A stretch of DNA of 64,000 nucleotides from Obrimoposthia wandeli (Eukaryota). The stretch spans positions 310,001 through 374,000 of the forward strand of contig CDROCS010000356.1 of assembly GCA_977020255.1 (NCBI GenBank), written 5' to 3'. The notes under the pieces are model-generated. The model was given only the letters and a program-made list of their open reading frames with translations. It was not told the origin of the DNA and ran no database searches. Each line of letters starts with the position of its first letter. Position 1 is the first letter of the stretch. Of this stretch, positions 10,801 through 21,401 are shown piece after piece. Both the position numbers and the translations under genes were made by a program.

Positions 10801-11453
10801 ATTGCCATTTTCCTTTCTACATGTTTTCCATAAAGTGATAATGGATATGAAATTATAAAATAAAATATCCCCACACCAATTAATATTTCTAAAGGTTGTT
10901 GAGTTCTAGATATAAGTTGTTCTGATGTTCTTAAAAGCTCCATATAGCCAATAACTGATACTAAAGCAGAATCTTTTATAACACTTAGAGCAACTCCTAA
11001 CCAAGATGTAAATACAGCACGTAAACCTATAGGCAACCGTATATATCTTACGGTTTGCCAATATGTCATCCCCAAACTTCGAGCTGCAGTTATCATAGAT
11101 GGTGGTACACTTTCAAAACCACCTCTAAATACTTCAGACATAAATGCCATAGTGTATAATGATAATATAATTGAACCAGCAACAAAAGGATCCAATGGAT
11201 ACCCCATTACTCCAACATACGTAGTAAATAATATAAGTTGGATAATAAGAGGAACACTTCGTAAAATATCTAAAACTGAACCCAAAATAATATTGGTTAT
11301 TTTGTTTGATTCTGCTCTAAGAAATCCAACAATCATACCTAATATAGTACCTATTACAATTGCAACAACCGATATATAAACAGTATTTAAAACACCTGTT
11401 AATATAAAACCAGTATCATTCCAAGATAAAGGTGTAAATAATGAAAATCCCAT
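10797..11453 (-). CDS. Polar amino-acid ABC permease
   Basis: RSVPLIIQL, EVFRGGFESV, AARSLGM (EAA loop). Confidence 0.9.
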   Translation of the reverse strand: MGFSLFTPLSWNDTGFILTGVLNTVYISVVAIVIGTILGMIVGFLRAESNKITNIILGSVLDILRSVPLIIQLILFTTYVGVMGYPLDPFVAGSIILSLYTMAFMSEVFRGGFESVPPSMITAARSLGMTYWQTVRYIRLPIGLRAVFTSWLGVALSVIKDSALVSVIGYMELLRTSEQLISRTQQPLEILIGVGIFYFIISYPLSLYGKHVERKMAI

Positions 11454-12118
11454 TATATATCTCCTTTAAATATTCTCTTAGCTATTAAATCTGCTGAAAT
11501 TAAAATAAACTTAGTAATGACATAGTACATAATTGCAGCAACAATAAAAAATTCTAAAGTTCTAAATGATAAAGATTGTAATCTTTGTGTTTCGCCTGAT
11601 AGTTCAGACATACCAACAAGAATACCCAATGAACTCATCAGTACAGACCATACGAATTGATTTGTCATAGGATGATATATCTTTCTGAACATTTGTGGAA
11701 GAATAATATATCTATATATTTGAAACTTAGTCATTCCCAATGATTTTGAAGCACTGTATTGTGTTTTTGGAATCGATTGAAAGCCACCTCTAAATGTTTC
11801 GGCTAGATAACCTGCATTAATAAAAATCAATGCACTTAAAACTGAGAAATAAGGGCTAAGATGTATTCCTAATGCCCCTAATCCAAAATATGCCATATAA
11901 ATTAGAAAAAGTGCCGGTGTATTTCGTGCTATTTCTATCCAAAACCCACTTATATAATTTAAAATTTTCAAATCTGACATTTTGCCAAGTGCTAAAAACA
12001 CAGCTATTATAAGACCGATATTTAATGATAAAACTGATACATGTAAAGTAACAAATGCAGCATTTAAAAGTTCTGGCATTTTATCAAAAACTGTATTCCA
12101 GTGATATTGATATTCCAT
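11453..12118 (-). CDS. Polar amino-acid ABC permease
   Basis: RNTPAL, AETFRGG, ASKSLGM. Confidence 0.9.
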   Translation of the reverse strand: MEYQYHWNTVFDKMPELLNAAFVTLHVSVLSLNIGLIIAVFLALGKMSDLKILNYISGFWIEIARNTPALFLIYMAYFGLGALGIHLSPYFSVLSALIFINAGYLAETFRGGFQSIPKTQYSASKSLGMTKFQIYRYIILPQMFRKIYHPMTNQFVWSVLMSSLGILVGMSELSGETQRLQSLSFRTLEFFIVAAIMYYVITKFILISADLIAKRIFKGDI

Positions 12119-12210
12119 CTAAATTTCCTTTCTTATTATATATAAATCTCTAACGAGGTCTAGTTTTTAATTACTATATCTAGACCTCTATAAAAATTTA
12201 ATTTTATTTT

Positions 12211-13038
12211 TTATTTGTTATCTCTTAAAGACTGAATTAAATCAGCAGGAACATCACTACCAAAATGTGTGTTATATGCTTTATTCATACCACCATCTCT
12301 AATTTGGTGAACTAAAAATAAATTTAAATATTGAATCCAAGCTAAATCACTTCTTTTTGCAATTAAACCAACAACATCATCATAATTAGGAACATAAGGA
12401 CCTGCTACATAATCTTTAAATTCTTTTGTTTGTAATTTTGTAGCAATATTTGTATTAGTAGATACAAGTGCATCAATCTTACCTTGGTAAAGTCCTAAAT
12501 ATGCATCATTTTCAGATTTAAATGATGTATAGTTACTTGTACCCCAACCCTCTTTTTTAGCATATGCTAAATATTCTGATTCATAAGTAGTACCTAAAGC
12601 AGCACCTACTTTAAGATTTTTTAAATCAGCAAATGATTTAATTGAATTAGCTTTTTTTGTAATCACTTGGAATTTAAATACAAAGTATGGGTATGTAAAC
12701 CCTACAGATTTAGCACGCTCCAATGTATCAGAAGTAGAACCAATTACAACATCAGTTTTTCCTGAGATTAAAGATGGAATTCTATCTCCCCATGTAAGAT
12801 TCATCACATTTGATTTTACACCCATAACTTTTGCTAAATCATTACAATAATCTACATCAAAACCTGCCGGTTTATTATTTTTATCAAAATAACCCATTGG
12901 TGGGAAATCAAGAACAACACCACAATTTAAAGTACCAGACTTAATAACATCATCTAACTTATCTGCGTTAACAGAACTTACCATACCAACAGTTGCTATT
13001 GATGCAACAATAAGTGAAATTTTTTTTACTAGTTTCAT
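12211..13038 (-). CDS. Amino-acid ABC substrate-binding protein (family 3)
   Basis: Signal peptide; DFPPMGY, GFDVD, RIPSLISGKTD, RAKSVGFTYPY. Confidence 0.9.
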   Translation of the reverse strand: MKLVKKISLIVASIATVGMVSSVNADKLDDVIKSGTLNCGVVLDFPPMGYFDKNNKPAGFDVDYCNDLAKVMGVKSNVMNLTWGDRIPSLISGKTDVVIGSTSDTLERAKSVGFTYPYFVFKFQVITKKANSIKSFADLKNLKVGAALGTTYESEYLAYAKKEGWGTSNYTSFKSENDAYLGLYQGKIDALVSTNTNIATKLQTKEFKDYVAGPYVPNYDDVVGLIAKRSDLAWIQYLNLFLVHQIRDGGMNKAYNTHFGSDVPADLIQSLRDNK

Positions 13039-13189
13039 AATCCATCCTATTTTTAATTTGTCTATTAGTATCTAACATATCTAAATAAAATCAAGATTGC
13101 AATAATCATGTGCCTAAAGCACTTTCTTTTTACTATAAACTAAATCATTGTCACTTTTATGCTCAACTATTTTACCATGTTCTAGAATA

Positions 13190-14071
13190 TCATTTTGATT
13201 TGTATTGTTGCAAAATTAATCCACAAATAATTGTAACCAAACCAAATACAGTAGATATATAAATATCTTCACCCACAATAAAATGAATAAGTACTAAAGA
13301 GATAAATGGTGAGATAAATATCAAATTTGCTATTTTTGAAGTAGATTCCGCATATTGCATAGCATTTAACCAAAAAAGAAAAGTGATACCCATCTCAAAC
13401 AGTCCAACATAAGATGCAGCTAATATACCATTTAAAGAAGGTAGTGAGTTCAAATTATCAGTCATTAAAGCCAAAATGATTATAAAAGGTAATGAAAACA
13501 AAAAGTTACTAAAAAGTCCAACTGCCGGTTCTACTTTGTTTTTTGTATTTATTATCCAATACATAGACCATAATATTGTTGAAAATAATGCCAAAAATAC
13601 ACCATCTATATTTGAAAAAGATAATGAAAAGGGCTCCCCTTTTGTAGCTATTATTAATACACCAAAATAACACATAATTCCAGCAATAATATCTCGTAAA
13701 TGAAGTTTTTGATTTAAAAATAATACAGATAAAAAAGTAAGCATCAATGCCCAAGTGTAGTTAATAGATTGTGCTTCTTGAGCAGGAAGTCTATCGTATG
13801 CTTCAAATAGAACAACATAATATAAAAAAGGGTTAATAAAACCCAATAGTGCAACTTGGAAATAGTTTTTTTTGATATAAATAAATACCAAAGATAATTT
13901 TTTCTGATACAACAATATAAAATATAAACATAATGTTGAAGATAATACAGCATAAAAAACCAACTCTATAGGTGCTAAATAATTTAATGATATTTTAAAT
14001 GCTGATGCAACTGTTGACCATAATAATACAGCTATTAATGCATATTTATATGCTGTTTGTTGAGACTTCAA
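13190..14071 (-). CDS. DMT/EamA-family transporter
   Basis: About 10 hydrophobic segments; LLWSTVASAFK, INYTWAL. Confidence 0.85.
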   Translation of the reverse strand: MKSQQTAYKYALIAVLLWSTVASAFKISLNYLAPIELVFYAVLSSTLCLYFILLYQKKLSLVFIYIKKNYFQVALLGFINPFLYYVVLFEAYDRLPAQEAQSINYTWALMLTFLSVLFLNQKLHLRDIIAGIMCYFGVLIIATKGEPFSLSFSNIDGVFLALFSTILWSMYWIINTKNKVEPAVGLFSNFLFSLPFIIILALMTDNLNSLPSLNGILAASYVGLFEMGITFLFWLNAMQYAESTSKIANLIFISPFISLVLIHFIVGEDIYISTVFGLVTIICGLILQQYKSK

Positions 14072-14119
14072 AGAAATCCTTTATTTAATATTTATATTTT
14101 TTAAAATATTTTTATCTTA

Positions 14120-15943
14120 TCATAAACTTATTGTAAATTCTACACCATCGTATAGTTCATCTTTATATATAAATGTAGTATTATTTGTTTCTATCGATCC
14201 CCCCATTCCATCAACTATTAAGTTATATGTCATATGCAGACCTAGTCCTGTTCCTTGAGATTTATGTTTTGTTGTAAAATAAGGCTCAAATATATGAGGT
14301 AACACATCATTTGGTATACCTCCCGCATTATCTTTTATTTTTATAATTGTTTTCTCTTTAACTGCACTCGTAGAAATAAAAATGTATTTATTCTTTACTT
14401 GAGTACTAGTCAAAGCATCTTTTGCATTATTAAAAATATTTATAAGACATTGAGTTAGTTCATTTTCATAACCATTGATTTTAATATCTGAAGATAAATC
14501 TAATATTACATTTATTTGGTTCTTTTTAATACTTGCTTCTACTAAATGTAAAAAACTTTCTATTTCATTTTGTAAAGAGAATAATTTTTTATTTCTATCT
14601 CCTTTAATAAAGTTACGAAAGTCATCAATCGTTCGAGATAAATACTGAGCATTATTATTGATAATGTTACATGTATCAACAAGTTTATCTTCTTCAAATA
14701 CATTAAATTCTTTTTGTGTAATGATACCTGTAGATGCAGTTGAAATAACAGACAGTGGTTGTCTCCACTGGTGAGCTATATTTCCTATCATTTCTCCCAT
14801 TGCAGCCATTTTTGATTGATTAGCAAGTATTTGGTCTTGATGTTTATTTTTAATAATTTGTTTTTTCAAAGATTCTTCATTGTCGATAATTGATTTTTGC
14901 ATTACTTTAAAATCTTTTATTAAAATTCTAAATATTCTGTACTCGCTGTTAAGATTTTCATCAATTGAAGAAGAGTGATCTTTTGAAAATCGATTGATAT
15001 TTAGAGTTAATATTTCAAGAGGATGGACAATACTCTGAGTTATTTTTTTTGCACTCATAATTACTATAAATGCAATTATACTTATAGTGAATGTAATAAT
15101 TAAAATTGTATTAAATATATACGTATCAATATCATCATTATTCTCTTTTACAACAATTGTCCATGATAAATTATTAAATTTTTTATAGGTGGCATAATTA
15201 TTTTTATTCGTGTTATTATTAAAATACTTAATAAGTTTCTCTTCTGGATTTTTTGAAATTGTATCTTTATAGAGTTTTGTAACAAAAAATGAATTTCTAT
15301 CTTTTACATTTGAACTATCAACAGTATCAAGTATGTATAAACCATTTTTATCTACAATTAAAATACTGATATCACTAATTCTCGATGGGTTTAGATTAGA
15401 TATTAATGCGTTCATAAAATCTAAATTTAATTCAACAATATAAATTTGATCATTAAACTTAAAAACATACGAAACCAAAGGGATATCAGAAAGACTTGAA
15501 AAATAAATATCGCTTAAGTAATCTTTTTTTTCTTCTTGATATTTTTTAAAAATATTTTTCTGAGAATAATCATATCCTGGAAATACTTTTATTCTTTTCT
15601 TAGAAGAAATTTCTTGAATAATACCATTTTTATCTAAAATCATAATCGTATCAATAGAATGTTTGTATTTTAGTATATCTTCAAATATTTCTTTTCTTGT
15701 ATGACTACCAATCTCTTTCAATAATTCAGGAATAGATTTAATCTCTTGATTAAATTTATTTATATTATATTGAATGTTTTGTGTTATATTAATATGCTCT
15801 GAAAAAATCAAATCATATTTTTCTTTTATCAATAAAAAAACAAAAATGAGGCTCAATAGTACTAAAGGAAGTATAGAAAATAATAAAAATTTTCGATATA
15901 GATCTTTTTTAAATAATTTATTTTTTTTTACGATTTTTTGCAA
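14120..15943 (-). CDS. Sensor histidine kinase with periplasmic Cache-like domain
   Basis: 2 TM segments; H-box IAHQWRQPL; NIFNNAKDA, DNAGGI, FEPYFTTK, GTGLGL. Confidence 0.9.
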   Translation of the reverse strand: MQKIVKKNKLFKKDLYRKFLLFSILPLVLLSLIFVFLLIKEKYDLIFSEHINITQNIQYNINKFNQEIKSIPELLKEIGSHTRKEIFEDILKYKHSIDTIMILDKNGIIQEISSKKRIKVFPGYDYSQKNIFKKYQEEKKDYLSDIYFSSLSDIPLVSYVFKFNDQIYIVELNLDFMNALISNLNPSRISDISILIVDKNGLYILDTVDSSNVKDRNSFFVTKLYKDTISKNPEEKLIKYFNNNTNKNNYATYKKFNNLSWTIVVKENNDDIDTYIFNTILIITFTISIIAFIVIMSAKKITQSIVHPLEILTLNINRFSKDHSSSIDENLNSEYRIFRILIKDFKVMQKSIIDNEESLKKQIIKNKHQDQILANQSKMAAMGEMIGNIAHQWRQPLSVISTASTGIITQKEFNVFEEDKLVDTCNIINNNAQYLSRTIDDFRNFIKGDRNKKLFSLQNEIESFLHLVEASIKKNQINVILDLSSDIKINGYENELTQCLINIFNNAKDALTSTQVKNKYIFISTSAVKEKTIIKIKDNAGGIPNDVLPHIFEPYFTTKHKSQGTGLGLHMTYNLIVDGMGGSIETNNTTFIYKDELYDGVEFTISL

Positions 15944-15944
15944 T

Positions 15945-17018
15945 TTAGTTTATTTTCTCGAAATTATTATTCTTTACTTCAAAAATATAAAATGGAGTTT
16001 TAATATCACCGTATTTGTTAAAAGATATTGTATCTCCTAATATATAAAAAGTTTCCTTTTTAAGTATATATTCTTTTATACTTTTAGCATCATAATTTTT
16101 CTGTTCCAATGCTTCTATTATTATTTGTGCGGTTTGATAACCTCTCATTGTAGATTTATTTGCTTGATATTTATAAACTTTGTAAAACTCTTTTGTAAAG
16201 TTTTGATAATTTTCATCTTCATAATTAATATAATCTGATGAGATGAAATATATCCCATTCGCCCATTTCCCTGAATTTTCAATAAATTCACTATTCATTG
16301 CCCATCCTGAAGAGATTATAGGTGTAGTATTTTGATTGATTCTTAAATATTGAATTAAACTAGCAGCATCAGTACTATTTTGTACTTGTACTATAAAATC
16401 TGCATCTTTTACTTGTGAAAGGATTTTTTCATAATCTAAATTTGAATCAATTATTTTTTCATATTTCATCTCTTTATTATCATCAAAAAGATGCAAATAG
16501 TCAGACAAGTACGAAGCATTTCGTGTATCCCCAATTAAATAAATACGTTTGGCTTTATTCTTTTTTAATAGTGTAATTAAATTAGTAAAATGTTTTGGTG
16601 AATTAGCCGGCTGAACTCGTAGAAAATTATCATCTTTATTCGAAAACTCACTACTACTTGCAGTTGGTGAAATTTGTAGAATATCATCATATTGAGATAT
16701 CACATCTAATGATACTTTACTCATAGAACTAGTAGCATTCCCAATAATAATTTTGACATTATTTTGAATAAGTTCATTTACTACTTGTGTATTTACATCT
16801 TCATTTTGTTTGTCGTTTTTAAAAATTAATTCTATGTTTTTCTTATTTAGTTTATTGAAGGCAAAAGAAATACCATGTTTTTCAAATGTACCTAAATTTG
16901 AGTATTTACCTGTTAATCCAAGAACCACGCCGATTTTTATACTATCATCTTTATGCAAATCAAAACAACCAGACAACAAAATACTTACAAATATTATCAT
17001 CAAATATTTCTTTATCAC
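15945..17018 (-). CDS. LivK-like periplasmic binding lipoprotein
   Basis: Lipobox LSGC; KIGVVLGLTGKYS; ISPTASS; directly upstream of the kinase. Confidence 0.8.
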   Translation of the reverse strand: MIKKYLMIIFVSILLSGCFDLHKDDSIKIGVVLGLTGKYSNLGTFEKHGISFAFNKLNKKNIELIFKNDKQNEDVNTQVVNELIQNNVKIIIGNATSSMSKVSLDVISQYDDILQISPTASSSEFSNKDDNFLRVQPANSPKHFTNLITLLKKNKAKRIYLIGDTRNASYLSDYLHLFDDNKEMKYEKIIDSNLDYEKILSQVKDADFIVQVQNSTDAASLIQYLRINQNTTPIISSGWAMNSEFIENSGKWANGIYFISSDYINYEDENYQNFTKEFYKVYKYQANKSTMRGYQTAQIIIEALEQKNYDAKSIKEYILKKETFYILGDTISFNKYGDIKTPFYIFEVKNNNFEKIN

Positions 17019-17221
17019 TACATTTCCCTTTATTTTGTGTACTTATTTTAGTAGTAATAGTATACTATAATTTTTTTAGTTATCACAATACTTTTAAAAG
17101 ACTTTTATTATTTATAAGGGATAAATTTTGGTTAAGTAACTAAAGGCAAGATTGAAATAATAAGGGAGTTTTCAACAAAATATGTTATCCCCATTGTAGA
17201 CTCAATTAAAAACTAATTATT

Positions 17222-18133
17222 TTATCGAGTCATTTTTTTAACAAAAACCACAACAAATAATGCGAGTATAAATCCTCCCAATAAGGCTTCAATACCAGCA
17301 AATAACTTCGAAATACCAACAGGCAATATATCACCATACCCCAAGGTAGTAAAGGTAACTACACTAAAGTACAATGTGTTTAATAATTCTATAGTATTTT
17401 CTTTTATACTTGAAGTAAAAGAGATTTGTAATATTTCACCAGAAGAATTAAGTCCCGTAATAAAAAAGATACCTGTAAACAGTAAAATTACCATTGCACT
17501 TAATATCACTATTCGAAGTGGTCGTTCTCCATACCCACATGAAAACTCAACTAGTTTAGAAATAAATCTTTTTAATGAAAACATAGGCATTTGTTTTCTT
17601 CTCATTTTCATCTCTTTTTGAAAAAACCAACCTGCAGTTTCAAATAAACCATCAGATTCACAGGTACGTCTAAGATTTCTGTAAATTTCCTCTGATTGTT
17701 GATACAAATCTATTTTATCTGCATTATTTTTTGTGATTTTTGCTTTTCTCTCTTGGATTATATCTCTATCCCAAATAACATTTTCTAAACGAGCGTGTTC
17801 AAAATCAGTTCCAAGTAAATTACAGTTTTGGAAATTTGCAAAGTGTAGATTTGCACCTTTAAAGTTAGCTTTCATCAAGGAGCTTCCTGAAAAATCTACT
17901 TTAAAACAATGTGCATGAGAAAAATTTGCTTTATAAAAATCACAATCATGAAGTTTATATCCTTCATGGTGACCGTTATTAACTAAATTTATATTTTCTA
18001 AGTTAGCTTGTGAAAGATTGAAATTTTTTACAGGTTTAAAAGTCTGAACTCTTTCTTCTAATAAATCTTTTATGTTAGATTCATTTTTATATATACCTTC
18101 AATCCAATTTTTTTCTTCAGTTGAGTTCACCAT
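17222..18133 (-). CDS. Pentapeptide-repeat protein fused to a 2TM/1P K+ channel domain
   Basis: A(N/D)(L/F)xx repeats (SQANL, YKANF, MKANF, HFANF); selectivity filter TFTTLGYGD. Confidence 0.85.
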   Translation of the reverse strand: MVNSTEEKNWIEGIYKNESNIKDLLEERVQTFKPVKNFNLSQANLENINLVNNGHHEGYKLHDCDFYKANFSHAHCFKVDFSGSSLMKANFKGANLHFANFQNCNLLGTDFEHARLENVIWDRDIIQERKAKITKNNADKIDLYQQSEEIYRNLRRTCESDGLFETAGWFFQKEMKMRRKQMPMFSLKRFISKLVEFSCGYGERPLRIVILSAMVILLFTGIFFITGLNSSGEILQISFTSSIKENTIELLNTLYFSVVTFTTLGYGDILPVGISKLFAGIEALLGGFILALFVVVFVKKMTR

Positions 18134-18175
18134 AATAAACTCCTATTCGTTTTTTCATTAGGTTTTTCTTTCAAA

Positions 18176-18463
18176 TTACTCTGTTTTAGCAATATTTTGA
18201 AGATATTCAGATATTTCATTCATTTCTTCGGATGAAACATGCCAATTCCCCATGTATTCTTTTAGAACCAATACCACTATATTCGCTAGTTTTTCTGATT
18301 CTGATAATAGTAAATATTCTTCATAATTATTACTGGCTATCTTCATCTCATCACTATAAATATCAAATAAAAATGTTTTTTCATCTTCTGTCAAAACTAG
18401 AAATGATTTTTCTTTTAGCACTTTTTTAATTAATATTTCTGATTTTACTCTTTCTTCTTCCAT
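18176..18463 (-). CDS. Hypothetical acidic protein
   Basis: 95 aa ORF with GGAG SD. Confidence 0.55.
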   Translation of the reverse strand: MEEERVKSEILIKKVLKEKSFLVLTEDEKTFLFDIYSDEMKIASNNYEEYLLLSESEKLANIVVLVLKEYMGNWHVSSEEMNEISEYLQNIAKTE

Positions 18464-18634
18464 CTAATCTCCATGTTGTTGTTTGGCTCTATCTTAAAAC
18501 TTTTTAAATATGAATTAAGGAACTACAAATAATAATTTTTTCTCTTATCAATATTCTATACAATTTATGATTAATTTTCTTTTATAATAATGCTTTACAT
18601 TTCGTCTGTAATTTAAAGTCAAGTCCCCTTAACT

Positions 18635-19426
18635 CTAATATGAAATTTTCATTAAATGTAAACCTTTTGATTTGGCTCGAGGACTAATCTTTTTTTCCTT
18701 TTTTATAGATAAAGCTTCACTGATATCATTTACAGTCAATTGATTTTTTCCAAGTGAAAATAGTGCACCCATAATATACCGAACCATATAACGTAAAAAT
18801 CCCCTACCCACGATCTTTAGATAAAAAACTTTATTACCAAAAATTAACGATGTAGTTTCCAGTATTTCACAACTTAAAATTGTACGTGAAGTTGAAATCA
18901 TATTTGTATCTCTTTTTGCAAAGCTATAAAAATCATGTTCACCAATAAATAATTTACAAGCTTCTCTCATCTGTTCTATATTTAGCAATCCATTTGTAGT
19001 TGAATCTTTATAAGTTAATGGGATATGTTCAATGATGTCGTTCATGATTGGATTAGAAATAGCATCAGTAGAAAAGTAATAATGATACTCTTTACTTTTA
19101 CTATCTTTATTGGAATTAAATTTTACGGTACAAGTTTCACACTGTAAAATACGAATATCTTCTGGTAATAAAGAATTCATTCCTAGCAAAAGTTTTTCTG
19201 ATGTAATCAATAAATTAATAGAAACTTTTATTACTTGCCCCTGAGCATGTACACCAGCATCAGTTCTACTTGCAACAGAAATTGTACATTCCTGATATTT
19301 ACATATTTTTTTGAGTGCATTATGTATTACAGCCTCAATAGTAGGCTTTTTCTCATTTACACCTAAATCTTGCCAGCCAAAATAGCTTGTACCTTTATAT
19401 GAAACTACTAAACGGTGATAATACAT
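18635..19426 (-). CDS. truA: tRNA pseudouridine(38-40) synthase, TruA family
   Basis: SYKGTSYFGWQ, ASRTDAGVHA, GEHDFYSF, GRGFLRYMVR. Confidence 0.85.
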   Translation of the reverse strand: MYYHRLVVSYKGTSYFGWQDLGVNEKKPTIEAVIHNALKKICKYQECTISVASRTDAGVHAQGQVIKVSINLLITSEKLLLGMNSLLPEDIRILQCETCTVKFNSNKDSKSKEYHYYFSTDAISNPIMNDIIEHIPLTYKDSTTNGLLNIEQMREACKLFIGEHDFYSFAKRDTNMISTSRTILSCEILETTSLIFGNKVFYLKIVGRGFLRYMVRYIMGALFSLGKNQLTVNDISEALSIKKEKKISPRAKSKGLHLMKISY

Positions 19427-19521
19427 TTATATCCTAATTTAAATTTTACAGATATAAAATTTTATTTATACAGTCAGTCTACCATAAACTCAACATATTT
19501 GAGATTTCAAATACATAATTT

Positions 19522-19552
19522 AATACAATTAAATACCTTGTAATTAACTATA
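19522..19552. repeat. Dispersed palindrome, copy 1 (degenerate), upstream of parA
   Basis: AATACAATTAAATACCTTGTAATTAACTATA; 3 mismatches in 31 nt versus copy 3. Confidence 0.7.
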
Positions 19553-19606
19553 ACTAAAGTATATTAAATATAAAATATTGGAAATAGTTTAATTAAAAGG
19601 TAATTA

Positions 19607-20191
19607 ATGCAAATAATTATATACAATCAAAAAGGTGGAGTAGGAAAATCTATGCTTGCTACTCAAATAGCGTTACATTTTGACACATCAATTATAGAAC
19701 TAGATCCTTATGGAATGTTATCTCAAACACTTGATGATAGAGTTGTAAAAATAGAACTTAATGAAGATGTGCCACATATTAGTGAAGGTGATGTTATTTA
19801 TGATTTTGGTGGTTTCGATGATATTCGTCTTGATAAGATTTCAAATAATGCTGACTTAGTAATTATTCCTTTTAACCCCACTATTAATTCTCTAGGAACA
19901 ACACTTGAAAGTTACGAGAGAGTTAAAAAGCTAGAAGTACCTGTTCTTTTTGTTGTTAATGCTTATTTAAAAGATAGTGATGTAGAGGATGCAATATCAT
20001 TTTTATCTGAAAATACTCAAGATGATATTGAATACTTTACTATACCTCATACAAGAGCTTTGCAAACAGCTGAAAATGAAGGTGTTAGTATCATTGAATT
20101 TGCAGCTAGTTCTGGACTGAAAAAACATACTTACAAAAAAATATCTGCTACTATGAAAAACCTAATGATGAAAATAGAAGAGTATATATAA
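19607..20191 (+). CDS. parA: ParA-family ATPase (short, no N-terminal HTH)
   Basis: Deviant Walker A NQKGGVGKS; IYDFGG; ADLVIIP. Confidence 0.85.
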   Translation: MQIIIYNQKGGVGKSMLATQIALHFDTSIIELDPYGMLSQTLDDRVVKIELNEDVPHISEGDVIYDFGGFDDIRLDKISNNADLVIIPFNPTINSLGTTLESYERVKKLEVPVLFVVNAYLKDSDVEDAISFLSENTQDDIEYFTIPHTRALQTAENEGVSIIEFAASSGLKKHTYKKISATMKNLMMKIEEYI

Positions 20192-20451
20192 TGGCAAAAG
20201 CAAAATTTGATAAATTAAAAAAAGGCTCAACGCAAACAAGTCCAATCACTCACAAGGATTTGCAAAAAAAACCTGGTCGCCCATTGGGTAGTAAAGTAAA
20301 AAAAGAACAAGCTAATGCTTCAATAACTATTGCACTCACTCCTACTCAAAAACAAGAACTTGAAGAATATGCGAAATCTGAGTTTAGATCAGTTGGTGGT
20401 GTAATCAAAATGTTATTAATTAGAAATGAGATCATTAACACAGATAAATAA
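20191..20451 (+). CDS. Small ParA partner, predicted ribbon-helix-helix (ParG/CopG-like)
   Basis: Start overlaps the parA stop; flexible basic N-terminus with KPGRP, then strand SITIAL, helix PTQKQELEEYAKSE, helix SVGGVIKMLL. Confidence 0.7.
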   Translation: MAKAKFDKLKKGSTQTSPITHKDLQKKPGRPLGSKVKKEQANASITIALTPTQKQELEEYAKSEFRSVGGVIKMLLIRNEIINTDK

Positions 20452-20490
20452 ATACAATTAAATATCTTGTATTTAATTGTATTTATATTA
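20449..20490. repeat. Dispersed palindrome, copy 2
   Basis: TAAATACAATTAAATATCTTGTATTTAATTGTATTTATATTA; 16 bp inverted arms (20448-20463 / 20471-20486). Confidence 0.85.
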
Positions 20491-20660
20491 GATTTAGGTG
20501 TTATTTTTTTCTAACTTTAATTATAATAATTAAATATAATATAATTATATTAGAATCCTTTAAGAGATAACTTGCCATACTAATAACATGTTACAACTTA
20601 TACAGTAGAAATACAATGTATAACAATTAAAAAATATATACAATTAAACAAGGATTAATT

Positions 20661-21239
20661 ATGGTACACGAATTAAAAAAATTAGATTATGAATACAATG
20701 CACTAGAGCCAATGATGTCAGAAGAAACTTTACAATATCATCATGGTAAACATCATGCAACATATGTAGCAAAACTAAACGGATTTATTACAGGTACAGA
20801 GTACGAATCAAAAAGCCTTATTGAGATTATACAAAGTTCAGATGGTGTTATTTTTAATAATGCTGCACAAGTTTACAATCATGACTTTTTTTGGGATTCT
20901 CTTTCTCCTAAAGAAACACAGCCTTCAGTTGACGTGACTAAAGCTATCAGTGAAGAATTTGGTTCAATAGAAGATTTTAAAAAGACTTTTTTTGAAAATG
21001 CAGTTTCTTTATTTGGTTCAGGATGGGTATGGCTTTGTGTTGATAAAAACAATAAACTAAGTATTGTAAAAACAGCAAATGCTGAAACTCCAATAACAAA
21101 TGGATTAACACCATTAATGACCTGTGATGTATGGGAACATGCATATTATGTAGATTATAGAAATGCTAGACCTACGTATTTAGAAAACTGGTGGAAACTT
21201 CTTAATTGGGATTTTGTAGCTAAAAACTTAAACTCATAA
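20661..21239 (+). CDS. sodB: Fe superoxide dismutase
   Basis: YHHGKHH, FNNAAQVYNH, DVWEHAYY. Confidence 0.92.
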   Translation: MVHELKKLDYEYNALEPMMSEETLQYHHGKHHATYVAKLNGFITGTEYESKSLIEIIQSSDGVIFNNAAQVYNHDFFWDSLSPKETQPSVDVTKAISEEFGSIEDFKKTFFENAVSLFGSGWVWLCVDKNNKLSIVKTANAETPITNGLTPLMTCDVWEHAYYVDYRNARPTYLENWWKLLNWDFVAKNLNS

Positions 21240-21401
21240 TTGCCAACGTAAATATATAAGATAGATAACAAAAGATAATTTCAACAAATTACTCTTTTGT
21301 TTATCTTAAATCCTCAATCTCTTTTCTAACGCTACAGTAAAAAAATATATTTAGATATACTATATCCATAATTCGAAAATTAGATATAAAAAAGGATATA
21401 A

